64,000 nt of DNA, from positions 3,648,001-3,712,000 of the forward strand of contig OY759353.1 of the NCBI GenBank assembly GCA_963662315.1. Reading direction: 5' to 3'. This DNA is from Geopsychrobacteraceae bacterium. GTDB taxonomy: Bacteria > Desulfobacterota > Desulfuromonadia > Desulfuromonadales > Geopsychrobacteraceae. The notes under the pieces are model-generated. The model was not told the DNA's origin, did not search any database, and saw only the letters and a program-made list of their open reading frames with translations. This document shows positions 19,043 to 27,829 of this stretch, piece after piece (positions within the stretch are counted from its first letter, which is position 1; each line of letters opens with the position of its first letter). A program made the translations under genes and the position numbers.

Positions 19043-21010
19043 ATGCGCAGAATAGACCAGCTCAGACAACTTCCTCCTCAGCAACGTCTTGAGTCGCTGC
19101 AAAAAATGTTCTTAAAGAACAAGGATTTTTTCCGCAGCAAACAGCCTGCGGTAGCTAACCTTCTCGACGCCCATGGTATTGACCCCTTTCATATAACCAT
19201 TACCGATGATTTTCTGACGATTACTGATAAACGAACCAATGAGTTATGCCATCCGGAAGTAGGGCTTGATAAATTTTCGGAAGCATTAGGGGCGTGGACG
19301 AATAGTGCCTGGATTGATCTCATCGAAGGAAATTTTCTTGTTCACCCGGATCTGGGACCCTATTCGCAGTATACATTGAAATTTCAAACCGTCATGGTGA
19401 AGAAATTTCCCATGCTGTTACCGCGTATCGTGCAGCGGAAAATAAATTTACCGACGTTGCCAAACGGAAAGCGTTTTTCAAACCCGGTGGTATTTTTTGG
19501 CCTTTTTCACGGGTTGCATATTGATTATTACTTAAGTCGTACCCAATTGCGTGATGCTGCGTTTATAGAGCCTGAAGTACCCCGTTTTGTTTTGTCCTGT
19601 TATTTTCTCGATTATAAGAAACTTGACGAGCGTTTTGGTGGACTGCTGTTGCACATTGGTGAATCCATTCCTGATGGGATGCTGGATCGATTGATTAATC
19701 CCGAAGTCATAACCCCGCTGGTATGGACGCGTATTTTGCCCGGTTATGCGAGCGAGAAAGTTGAACACTTTTTACGTGCGATACGGCTTAAGATAAAACA
19801 GGGTCGAGATGTATGGCATCCTCAGGATTTTCAGATTGCCGGACTCTCCAATACTATGGCGAATATCAAAAGCAACAGTTTGGTTTACGCTCGTCCTCAG
19901 TCTCTGTCTGCGCAGAGTCGAATTGCTGTGATCGGAGCCGGACCCTCTCTTAGCGATGATGTCGAGTGGTTGAGATGCCACCAGGATCAAATGGTTATAT
20001 TTGCAGCCCATAGTGCGGTTTCTGCCTTACGCAGAGCCGGAATAAAACCTGATTTTCAGTTCAGTCTGGATATGCATGAATGGAACATTGATCCACAAGA
20101 GTGTCATCAGCTTGATCCTGAAATACCCATAGTGACTCTGATTAACGATGTTCCTCATAAGTTTTCTGCCTTTAAGCATGTACTCAGGATAGTCATGAAG
20201 AGTGGTGTCTATCCGTTACGTTTTAATTGTGGTATTTCACATATATTGCCGACGACAGGGAATATGGCGCTTGGTTTTGCCTGTTACTGTCGCCCACAGC
20301 AGATTTATCTATTTGGCATGGATCTGGGGTTTCGCCAGGCTGATCACACCCATGTCAAAGAGAGTAATGTATATCAGAGTGAAGAAAATCAAAGGGGGAT
20401 TCTCGGCTCCGGGTTTCTTGAGGTGCTGCGCAATTTTCAGGATCGTGATCCGGTCTATTCCCAGCCATATTTTAACGAGGCACGCTTGTTATCTCAAAAA
20501 GCGATACAGGCTCTTGGTGAAGGCATTGAAATTTATAACTGTTCTGATGGCGCATTGATTGAAGGGACACAGGCAAAGAGGGCGCAGGATATTGCTTTGC
20601 GCTCATACCATAAGGGTGGTGATGTCGATACGATACGCTCTATGTTTGTTGAGCTGGAAGAAGGGAAAGATTGGTCTGCGCCACCTGTTGAGGGCGCAGT
20701 TCAGTTACATGCCTTTAACCAGGCGGTCCTTGAGGCCCTGAAAATGCCGAAATTTCAGTGGCTGGCCTGGAGCCAGAAGATTGACGGAATTCTTGGCCTT
20801 GTGCGTGATAGGTTGCCTAAAAAAATAAGTAAAAATCTTGACCAGCGTGTTGGGCCATATTTTGAAACCGTACAGTTGATCCTCGATGCCTGGTATCGCT
20901 GTTTATGTTTCACCAATAACGCAGAAGAGTGGCAGCTGGTTTATGAGGCAGGGTATCAGCAACTGAAAAAGACGCTGGACGAATTTAGCTGGCCAGAAGA
21001 TGTTTACTGA
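19043..21010 (+). CDS. Motility-associated factor (Maf) flagellin glycosyltransferase
   Basis: IGAGPSL, GIKPDF, YLFGMDLGF, IYNCSDGALIEG (DUF115/Maf); lies between two flagellins. Confidence 0.85.
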   Translation: MRRIDQLRQLPPQQRLESLQKMFLKNKDFFRSKQPAVANLLDAHGIDPFHITITDDFLTITDKRTNELCHPEVGLDKFSEALGAWTNSAWIDLIEGNFLVHPDLGPYSQYTLKFQTVMVKKFPMLLPRIVQRKINLPTLPNGKRFSNPVVFFGLFHGLHIDYYLSRTQLRDAAFIEPEVPRFVLSCYFLDYKKLDERFGGLLLHIGESIPDGMLDRLINPEVITPLVWTRILPGYASEKVEHFLRAIRLKIKQGRDVWHPQDFQIAGLSNTMANIKSNSLVYARPQSLSAQSRIAVIGAGPSLSDDVEWLRCHQDQMVIFAAHSAVSALRRAGIKPDFQFSLDMHEWNIDPQECHQLDPEIPIVTLINDVPHKFSAFKHVLRIVMKSGVYPLRFNCGISHILPTTGNMALGFACYCRPQQIYLFGMDLGFRQADHTHVKESNVYQSEENQRGILGSGFLEVLRNFQDRDPVYSQPYFNEARLLSQKAIQALGEGIEIYNCSDGALIEGTQAKRAQDIALRSYHKGGDVDTIRSMFVELEEGKDWSAPPVEGAVQLHAFNQAVLEALKMPKFQWLAWSQKIDGILGLVRDRLPKKISKNLDQRVGPYFETVQLILDAWYRCLCFTNNAEEWQLVYEAGYQQLKKTLDEFSWPEDVY

Positions 21011-21050
21011 AAAATAAATGATTAAAAATGAAAAAAAATAAATTTTTCCC

Positions 21051-21078
21051 TAAAGAATCTATGGACGGCTGCCGAAAA
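21051..21078 (+). promoter_or_regulatory. Sigma-28 promoter of the flagellin 2 operon
   Basis: TAAAG-N15-GCCGAAAA. Confidence 0.7.
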
Positions 21079-21227
21079 GAACAACGCGAGGTTCTTTTTC
21101 CTGGAGTTGGTTGAACAAAAAGGAGGTGAAAATAGCGTTCATATAACTCCCTAAACTTGGCAAAACAAGCAATTATCAATTAACAAAATGGGCACGGATG
21201 CCCGCAAACACCTTCACGGAGGAAATA

Positions 21228-22754
21228 ATGGCTATTACTATTAACACAAATGTTGCTTCTCTTAACGCTCAACGTAACCTGAATTCATCACAAAGCAGCT
21301 TGAATAAGTCCATGCAGCGTCTGTCATCCGGTCTGCGCATTAACAGCGCTAAGGATGATGCTGCCGGTTTGGCTATTTCTGACCGTATGACTTCTCAGAT
21401 CAATGGTCTTGATCAGGCTGTCCGGAACTCAAACGATGGTATTTCTCTGGCCCAGACGGCAGAGGGCGCATTGCAGGAAAGTACCAACATTCTGCAGCGT
21501 ATGCGTGAGCTGGCTGTCCAGTCTGCCAACGATACCAACACCGCTGAGGACCGTTCTTCTCTCCAGGCTGAAGTTGAGCAGCTCCAGGCAGAGCTTGATC
21601 GTATTGCAGAAACCTCAACCTTTAACGGCCAGAAACTGCTTGATGGCAGTATGATCGGGGCCAAATTCCAGGTGGGTTCAGAAGCTGGTGAAACCATCAG
21701 TATTTCTATCGGCTCCGCCGAAACATCTCAGTTGGGTGTCAGTCGGATTCAGCTTGAAAACAGCCAATTGAATTCAACTGTTGCAGCAGCGACTGCAGCA
21801 CCTACTGCCAATAGTAACAATGGTGATGATTTTACCTTAAAAGGGAACTTCGCGAACAACGAGTTCAGCAAAACAATCTCGGTTACTACCGGGGCTTCGG
21901 CTGCTGATGTCGCTACTGCTGTAAACAATGTCACTGATAGTACTGGAATTACCGCAAACGCTCAGACCGATGTAAAACTCAGCGGTCTTGAGGCTGACGG
22001 AACCGTATCGTTTAAATTGACCGGTGCAACTGACGATGATGCGTCAACCGCAGATTATCGTTTTATCCAAGCCTCGGTAACCACAAATGACCTGTCCAAT
22101 TTGGTCGACGCAATTAACGAGCAAAGTAATACCACGGGTATTACCGCAGAACTTTCGAATGACAAGCAGTCCCTGACCCTGACTTCTGAGGCAGGAGATG
22201 ATATCGTTATTGAAGACTACACCAACGATTCAACGGCTGCTGCTACTGCAAAAGAACTTTCTGTAACGGCTCTTAATTCGAGTGGAACCTCTGCCTCTGC
22301 TTCCGTAACGCTGCAAGACGGTGGCAATGATTCAACTCGTGCCGGTGGTTACGTCACTCTGGACCGTAATGAAGTGTTCTCCATTGATGCTGTTTCTGAC
22401 AGCGTTGCGGCTTCTACCGGAGCAACTGCTTCCACAATCGAGAATGTCGGTGACATCGATATCAGCACTCAAGCTGGTGCCAGTGATGCTCTGTCAGTTA
22501 TCGACGGTGCTATTTCGAAAATCGACAGCATCCGTGGTGATCTTGGTGCGGTTCAGAACCGTTTTGAAAGTACTATCTCTAACCTGTCGAATATTTCAGA
22601 GAACATCTCTTCCGCTCGTTCGCGGATTCTGGATGCCGACATTGCTCAGGAAACCTCAGCCATGACCAAGCAGAACATTCTGCAGCAGGCCGGTGTTTCC
22701 ATCCTGGCCCAGGCCAATCAGTCACCGCAATTGGCTCTGAGTCTGTTAGGTTAA
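21228..22754 (+). CDS. fliC: Flagellin, copy 2
   Basis: GGAGG before ATG 21228; conserved flagellin termini; paralog of 17405-18934. Confidence 0.97.
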   Translation: MAITINTNVASLNAQRNLNSSQSSLNKSMQRLSSGLRINSAKDDAAGLAISDRMTSQINGLDQAVRNSNDGISLAQTAEGALQESTNILQRMRELAVQSANDTNTAEDRSSLQAEVEQLQAELDRIAETSTFNGQKLLDGSMIGAKFQVGSEAGETISISIGSAETSQLGVSRIQLENSQLNSTVAAATAAPTANSNNGDDFTLKGNFANNEFSKTISVTTGASAADVATAVNNVTDSTGITANAQTDVKLSGLEADGTVSFKLTGATDDDASTADYRFIQASVTTNDLSNLVDAINEQSNTTGITAELSNDKQSLTLTSEAGDDIVIEDYTNDSTAAATAKELSVTALNSSGTSASASVTLQDGGNDSTRAGGYVTLDRNEVFSIDAVSDSVAASTGATASTIENVGDIDISTQAGASDALSVIDGAISKIDSIRGDLGAVQNRFESTISNLSNISENISSARSRILDADIAQETSAMTKQNILQQAGVSILAQANQSPQLALSLLG

Positions 22755-22860
22755 TATTCTGCCTGACAAAGTTTAGGATTAAATGCTGGAAATCAGGGGC
22801 TGCTCCGGCAGCCCCTCTTTTTCCCTTACACCAAGGATAGGTGGGGAAAGGATTACATTT

Positions 22861-23211
22861 ATGAATATCGAAGCTTTGAATCTGCAGAATCTTACCCAGT
22901 TTCAACCTCAAAAGAGTGCAGTTGACGCTAATGCGAAAGAAGAAAAGGCAAAAGATAGCCAGCCGCAGAGTGAAGATCTGGAAAGCAAACAGATTCAGCC
23001 TGAGGAATTGTTGCAACAGATCAAATCGTTAACCGAAGACGGTCTATACAGCGTGCGCTTTGAAAGCAACAACGATGCAAACGAATTGATCGTCAAGGTA
23101 GTGAACAGCGAAACGAATGAAGTCATTCGTCAGATTCCCCCGGAAGAGCTGTTGACCCTGACCCAGCGACTGACCGATTTGCGTGGAAATTTGGTCGATA
23201 CCGAAACTTAA
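22861..23211 (+). CDS. flaG: Flagellar protein FlaG
   Basis: IVKVVNSETNEVIRQIPPEELL; located between fliC and fliD. Confidence 0.9.
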   Translation: MNIEALNLQNLTQFQPQKSAVDANAKEEKAKDSQPQSEDLESKQIQPEELLQQIKSLTEDGLYSVRFESNNDANELIVKVVNSETNEVIRQIPPEELLTLTQRLTDLRGNLVDTET

Positions 23212-23299
23212 TCCTTAAGATTTTGGTCGTTTCGGTCGACGAGGTATTGAGGCTTGATGTTTAGGGTCCGAATGCCTGTATACTGTATGGGAGGCTGTT

Positions 23300-24763
23300 G
23301 TGTCTGGTATAACATTTGGTGGTCTGGCGACGGGATTGCCTACTGACAATATTATTGAAGAGTTGATGGCTCTTGAGCGCCAACCGCTTGATCGGTTGGC
23401 AGCGCAAAAGGTCGAGGAGAGCGATCGCCTGGCTGCATTTAAGCAGTTTGATACGCGCCTGAAAGCTCTGCACGATGCTGTCGGTGCCATGGATATTACC
23501 AGTGAGGTTCGCTCCGGGAGTATACAGCTCAGCTCAGAGGACAACCTGACCGCGACCAGTACCGGAGGAACTTCCGGTGATTTTGATATTGCGGTTGTTC
23601 AGTTGGCGCAGGTTCAGAAAAGCGTCAGTTCCGGATATGCTTCCAATATGGAAGCGGTTCTTGGAACCGGCACCATCACTATCGGCTCCGAAACAATTGA
23701 TATTACCGAGGACAATAACTCCCTCAATGCTCTTGCTGTTGAAATTAATGCCCGTTCTGAAGAGTTGGGTGTAAAGGCAACCATCATAAACGATGGTACA
23801 GATGGTGATTCCTATCACTTGGTTCTTACCGGCCAGGATGCCAAGACCTCTTTTTCTGTCAGCAGTAATCTGGTTGATGGCGACGGAAATCCTGTTGCTT
23901 TCGGTGTCAGCGATGTGCGTTCTGCACAACAGGCGGTTGTCTTTGTTGATGGTATTAAGGTTGTCAGCGACAGCAACGAAGTCTCTGGTGTTATTCCTGG
24001 TGTTACTTTGCACCTGAATAAGGCCAGTACCGCTTCTTATGCTGGTACGCCGGAAGATGGTGTGGATTCCTGGGATTGGGCCGATCCTCCACAATATGAC
24101 CTGACGCAGATGACGGTCAGTGCTGATACGGGGGCCCTGAAAGAAAAGATTACCGCCTTTGTTGACGCCTATAATGGGGTTATGGATTGGATCTCCGCCG
24201 GGTACGATACCTTTGGTGCCACGGCACCCACGGAGGCGGAGGTTGAAGCCGGAGAGGAGGATATCCTCAGTGATCTCGTGCGTGGTGACAGTACCGTTAA
24301 CGGAATCAAGCGCCAGTTGCAGGGGATTCTTTCTTCACCTTATGGGGTTGATGGGGCTTTTAAGGTGATGGGGCAGTTGGGTATTTCAACCCGCAAGGAC
24401 GGTTCCCTTAAGCTTGATGAAGAGAAACTGGATAAGGCACTGGAGTCGAATTTTGACGATGTTGCCACGCTGCTGGTTGGTGATGAAAATTCTCAAGGGG
24501 TCATGAAGCAGTTCAATACGACGTTGCTGAAAATAACTGGTTATGCCAGCGGGATGTATGCTGAGAAACAAGATGCTTATGAGGAAATGAACAGTCGCAT
24601 CGACAACCAGATTCGTCGTCTGGAGCCTTTGATGGACAAAAAAGAACAAACATTAAGAGCGCGTTTCTCAGCCATGGAACTTCTTGTTAGTGAAATGAAT
24701 TCTCAGAGCAGTTTTTTGACGCAACAGATGGAAAGTCTCTTAAAAATGACAGGGAATAAGTGA
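23300..24763 (+). CDS. fliD: Flagellar filament cap protein
   Basis: GLATGL...LMALER, VQLAQ, IPGVTL, LRARFSAME. Confidence 0.93.
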   Translation: MSGITFGGLATGLPTDNIIEELMALERQPLDRLAAQKVEESDRLAAFKQFDTRLKALHDAVGAMDITSEVRSGSIQLSSEDNLTATSTGGTSGDFDIAVVQLAQVQKSVSSGYASNMEAVLGTGTITIGSETIDITEDNNSLNALAVEINARSEELGVKATIINDGTDGDSYHLVLTGQDAKTSFSVSSNLVDGDGNPVAFGVSDVRSAQQAVVFVDGIKVVSDSNEVSGVIPGVTLHLNKASTASYAGTPEDGVDSWDWADPPQYDLTQMTVSADTGALKEKITAFVDAYNGVMDWISAGYDTFGATAPTEAEVEAGEEDILSDLVRGDSTVNGIKRQLQGILSSPYGVDGAFKVMGQLGISTRKDGSLKLDEEKLDKALESNFDDVATLLVGDENSQGVMKQFNTTLLKITGYASGMYAEKQDAYEEMNSRIDNQIRRLEPLMDKKEQTLRARFSAMELLVSEMNSQSSFLTQQMESLLKMTGNK

Positions 24764-25191
24764 TGAATGCCTATAGTCAATATAAAAACAATCAAATACT
24801 TAATGCATCTCCAGAGCAGATTTTAATCATGCTTTATGATGGTGCTATCCGGTTCACTCGACAGGCAATGATTGCGATTGACGAGCTTGACTATAAAACG
24901 ATGTCGGAAAAAATCAGTCGGGTTATGGCGATTGTCAGTGAATTCTCAATGACTCTTGATATGGAGGTCGGGGGTGCTATTGCTGAAGAGTTGGATGCTC
25001 TTTATGCCTATGTCATTCGCGAACTTGCTCAGGCAAACCTGAAAAAGAGTAAGGACTCTCTGCAGGTTGTTGAAAATATTCTCCTTGATCTGCGAGAAGG
25101 ATTTGTCGGTGCGATTGAGGTGACTCGTCAAAGTTCTGCATCCACCACTGTCGCTGCTAGCAGAGATCAACGGGTGGCAATCTCTTATTGA
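24760..25191 (+). CDS. fliS: Flagellin export chaperone
   Basis: ASPEQILIMLYDGAIRF, LDALY. Confidence 0.95.
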   Translation: MMNAYSQYKNNQILNASPEQILIMLYDGAIRFTRQAMIAIDELDYKTMSEKISRVMAIVSEFSMTLDMEVGGAIAEELDALYAYVIRELAQANLKKSKDSLQVVENILLDLREGFVGAIEVTRQSSASTTVAASRDQRVAISY

Positions 25192-25205
25192 AGAAGAGAA
25201 TCGAT

Positions 25206-25604
25206 ATGGAAACCTGTCTGCAGAAATCTATAGAGCAATATAGGCGTATTGTTGACCATGCTCATCAGCTTGAAAAACTGTTGAGCAAGGCAGATCCTGA
25301 AGATTTACGCTCTTATACTGCTCGATTACATGAGCTTCAGGATGAAGCGATCCAGACGGATCGGGTTTTCTACGAGCTTTTTTCGCACAACAGCGAAGCC
25401 TGGCGGGATCACCCGCTGTTTCTTGAACGTTCGGAACTGATTGAACAAATTGTTAAAATGAACCATTTGCTATTGCCGAGAATCCGTGGCATGATGGCGG
25501 TCGCTGCTCATGAAATTTCGCAAATCAAAGGTGGACGGGTGGCAATGGCAGGGTATCATCAGCCCTCTTTGCGGAGCCGCAAGGGGACCCGGATAGTCGG
25601 CTAG
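25206..25604 (+). CDS. FliT/FlgN-like helical flagellar chaperone (putative)
   Basis: Position after fliS; helical; GY motif near the C-terminus. Confidence 0.5.
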   Translation: METCLQKSIEQYRRIVDHAHQLEKLLSKADPEDLRSYTARLHELQDEAIQTDRVFYELFSHNSEAWRDHPLFLERSELIEQIVKMNHLLLPRIRGMMAVAAHEISQIKGGRVAMAGYHQPSLRSRKGTRIVG

Positions 25605-25745
25605 TTTCTCTTGGAAACGGCCCTTTTCCGCAATCTTTGCGTCAATCTGCACCTTTGCTTGTGCGGCGTAAAGTACAATGCCTTAAGCACAAAGGTTTGA
25701 TTTTCTTGACCTTGCGAAAAATTGCTCGTTTCCAATACAGAAACG
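25603..25745. repeat. ~145 bp palindromic dispersed repeat, copy A
   Basis: GTTTCT...AGAAAC ends with nested stems; homologous to the reverse complement of 30441-30584. Confidence 0.8.
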
Positions 25746-25791
25746 ATGCTTGTGGTTGCCAACTGAAACGACAAATAGCACCGGGTTTTGC

Positions 25792-26454
25792 ATGTCTGCT
25801 TTAAATCATTTCAAAGATTATCGTGTTGTCAAAGTCACCCTGCCTTTGCTCGATGGCAAGCAGCAGGTTCTTGACGGGGTGGCCAAGGTCACTACCATTC
25901 CCCAGTTTGAAATTACCTTTCTGCCAGATCAGCTGGATCCAGATCGATTGAACTTTAAGGAGTTCTGTCAGGTCGCTTTTGATGTTGCCGGTGAAGGAAA
26001 GACGATCAAGGCGAAGTTGGATTCGTCTCCGGAGCCAGTCAAGTTGTTGCTGGAAATGGTCGATTCCTTCTCCTATGTTCAGAAACGGGAATATTTCCGG
26101 GTTGATGCTGATTTGGCCGTCAGCTTCTGGCTGGTTGATGATGAGAACCCCGAAGCGCGTTCACTGCAGACCAGCGTAAATATCAGTGGTGGTGGAATAC
26201 GTTTGCCGGTTACTGAAAAGATTCCGGAAGGGGCAAAGATTGGGCTTGAGATTGTCATTGACGGTCCGCAATCTGCGGTTGTCGAATGCGTTGGTGAGGT
26301 GGTCAATAACTACAAGGTTGGCAATGAGTATTCCTGCGCTTTGAAATTTGTCGATATCGATGAAGAAGGGCAGGACGCTATTGTCGCCTATTGCCTGGCT
26401 GAACAGCGAAGGCAGTTACGCTTGAAAGTTACGGTCCTGGGCGGCCTTGGCTAA
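25792..26454 (+). CDS. PilZ-domain protein (YcgR/flagellar brake-like)
   Basis: QKREYFR (RxxxR) and NISGGG motifs. Confidence 0.85.
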   Translation: MSALNHFKDYRVVKVTLPLLDGKQQVLDGVAKVTTIPQFEITFLPDQLDPDRLNFKEFCQVAFDVAGEGKTIKAKLDSSPEPVKLLLEMVDSFSYVQKREYFRVDADLAVSFWLVDDENPEARSLQTSVNISGGGIRLPVTEKIPEGAKIGLEIVIDGPQSAVVECVGEVVNNYKVGNEYSCALKFVDIDEEGQDAIVAYCLAEQRRQLRLKVTVLGGLG

Positions 26455-26475
26455 TAATCCGCCTGATTAATATAA

Positions 26476-26516
26476 ACAACAAAAGCCCGGTGAACGATTC
26501 GCCGGGCTTTTGTTGT
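26476..26516. terminator. Bidirectional intrinsic terminator
   Basis: CAACAAAAGCCCGGTGAA-cga-TTCGCCGGGCTTTTGTTG between convergent genes. Confidence 0.8.
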
Positions 26517-26585
26517 TTGTACATTTCATCCTTCTCCCTGAGGAGAGGGTTCTTATGTGCGAAGGGTTATTGTTCTGGTTGGTCT

Positions 26586-27557
26586 TCAGGTCCCGAACGC
26601 AAGTTGTGTCAGCGGCTGTGCTGGGCGATACGTTGGCGATGCGGTAAAGAAGTCGTCTTTCCAGATTTCGGTGCGGTTGCGGCCGTTCTGTTTGGCCAGG
26701 TACAGGGCTTGGTCGGCTTCTTTAATCAGTGCTGTGGCTTGCCCTTGATTATAGCGGTTCGAGCTGCTGATGCCGATACTCACAGTCAGAGGAATATGCT
26801 TCTGTGACGGCAACTGGGCAATGCGCTGATGGATGCGGCGGGCCAGATGCTCTGCATTTTTTCCCTTGGTGTCCTGCAGAATAACAGCAAACTCTTCGCC
26901 ACCATAACGACAGCAGATATCTGTGTCGCGTGAGGCAGACGCAATAACTTCAGCGGTCTGCTGCAGAATATAATCGCCACTCTGGTGACCGTGAGTGTCG
27001 TTAATCATTTTGAAATGATCCAGGTCGATCAGCAGTAAGGAAAAGGGTGAGCCTGAGCGCTGTGTGCGGGCAACGGCCTGCTTCATGCTGAGATCGAAGG
27101 TTGCCCGGTTGCCAAGTTTGGTGAGCGGGTCGGTCAATGCCATGCGTTGCAGCTGCTCCTGGCTCTGGCGCAGTTCCAGAAGGCGTTGCCAGCGCTGTAA
27201 ATGTTTGTCTATCCGGGCTGACAGTTCGCGTGGATCGATATCATAATGGACCGCGTCACTGGCGCCGAGGTGAAAACCGTGCAAGAGGCTTTGCTGATCC
27301 TGGGCAAAAGCGATGAGTGGCAGGTCATTCCATTGCTCATTGGCTTGCAAGCGTTCGATCCAGGAATCACCATTCTGCCTTTTTTCAACATCCCAGCAGA
27401 CCAGATCGGCTGAATTGGTTTCCAGATAATTAAACAGCGCAGCTGCCGATTGCACAGGGGCTATCCGGCCAAACAACCCGGTGGCAGAAAGCTGGGTGAT
27501 CATGCAGGATTGGCTATCAGCGTTAGAGGCCATGATCAGGGCTGTTTTATTAGTCAT
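26586..27557 (-). CDS. Diguanylate cyclase with a degenerate REC domain
   Basis: TDPLTKLGNR, DLDHFKMINDTHGH, RDTD I-site, RYGGEEF. Confidence 0.92.
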   Translation of the reverse strand: MTNKTALIMASNADSQSCMITQLSATGLFGRIAPVQSAAALFNYLETNSADLVCWDVEKRQNGDSWIERLQANEQWNDLPLIAFAQDQQSLLHGFHLGASDAVHYDIDPRELSARIDKHLQRWQRLLELRQSQEQLQRMALTDPLTKLGNRATFDLSMKQAVARTQRSGSPFSLLLIDLDHFKMINDTHGHQSGDYILQQTAEVIASASRDTDICCRYGGEEFAVILQDTKGKNAEHLARRIHQRIAQLPSQKHIPLTVSIGISSSNRYNQGQATALIKEADQALYLAKQNGRNRTEIWKDDFFTASPTYRPAQPLTQLAFGT

Positions 27558-27608
27558 TTTATTTTCCTTTCGTTCCCCTATATACTCTTATAGAGCCCCC
27601 TTGGGAGT

Positions 27609-27637
27609 ATTTCGGCGTGTCGCGGATAATTCTTTAG
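27609..27637 (-). promoter_or_regulatory. Sigma-28 promoter of the GGDEF gene
   Basis: Minus strand CTAAAG-N15-GCCGAAAT. Confidence 0.65.
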
Positions 27638-27652
27638 CTGTTTTTTAGCAGT

Positions 27653-27669
27653 AGCGAATTTTATGCCAA
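27653..27669 (-). promoter_or_regulatory. Sigma-54 promoter of the GGDEF gene
   Basis: Minus strand TTGGCATAAAATTCGCT (GG-N10-GC). Confidence 0.6.
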
Positions 27670-27829
27670 AGCCTGATCCTCAGTATTTATGCGGAATTTT
27701 GCGGGAAGAGTCAGGTTTTTGACTGGGAAAGGGGAGCTGTTTTCTGTTTGAGGATCTGGTTTGACGGAATAATGACATTATTGTGTGCCGGTTTATTGAA
27801 TACGGTATTCCGGGACGAAAAGGGCTGTA

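Noticed and set aside
21157..21172. Sigma-54-like TTGGCAAAACAAGCAA before flagellin 2
   Set aside because: GG to GC spacing is 8 nt rather than 10
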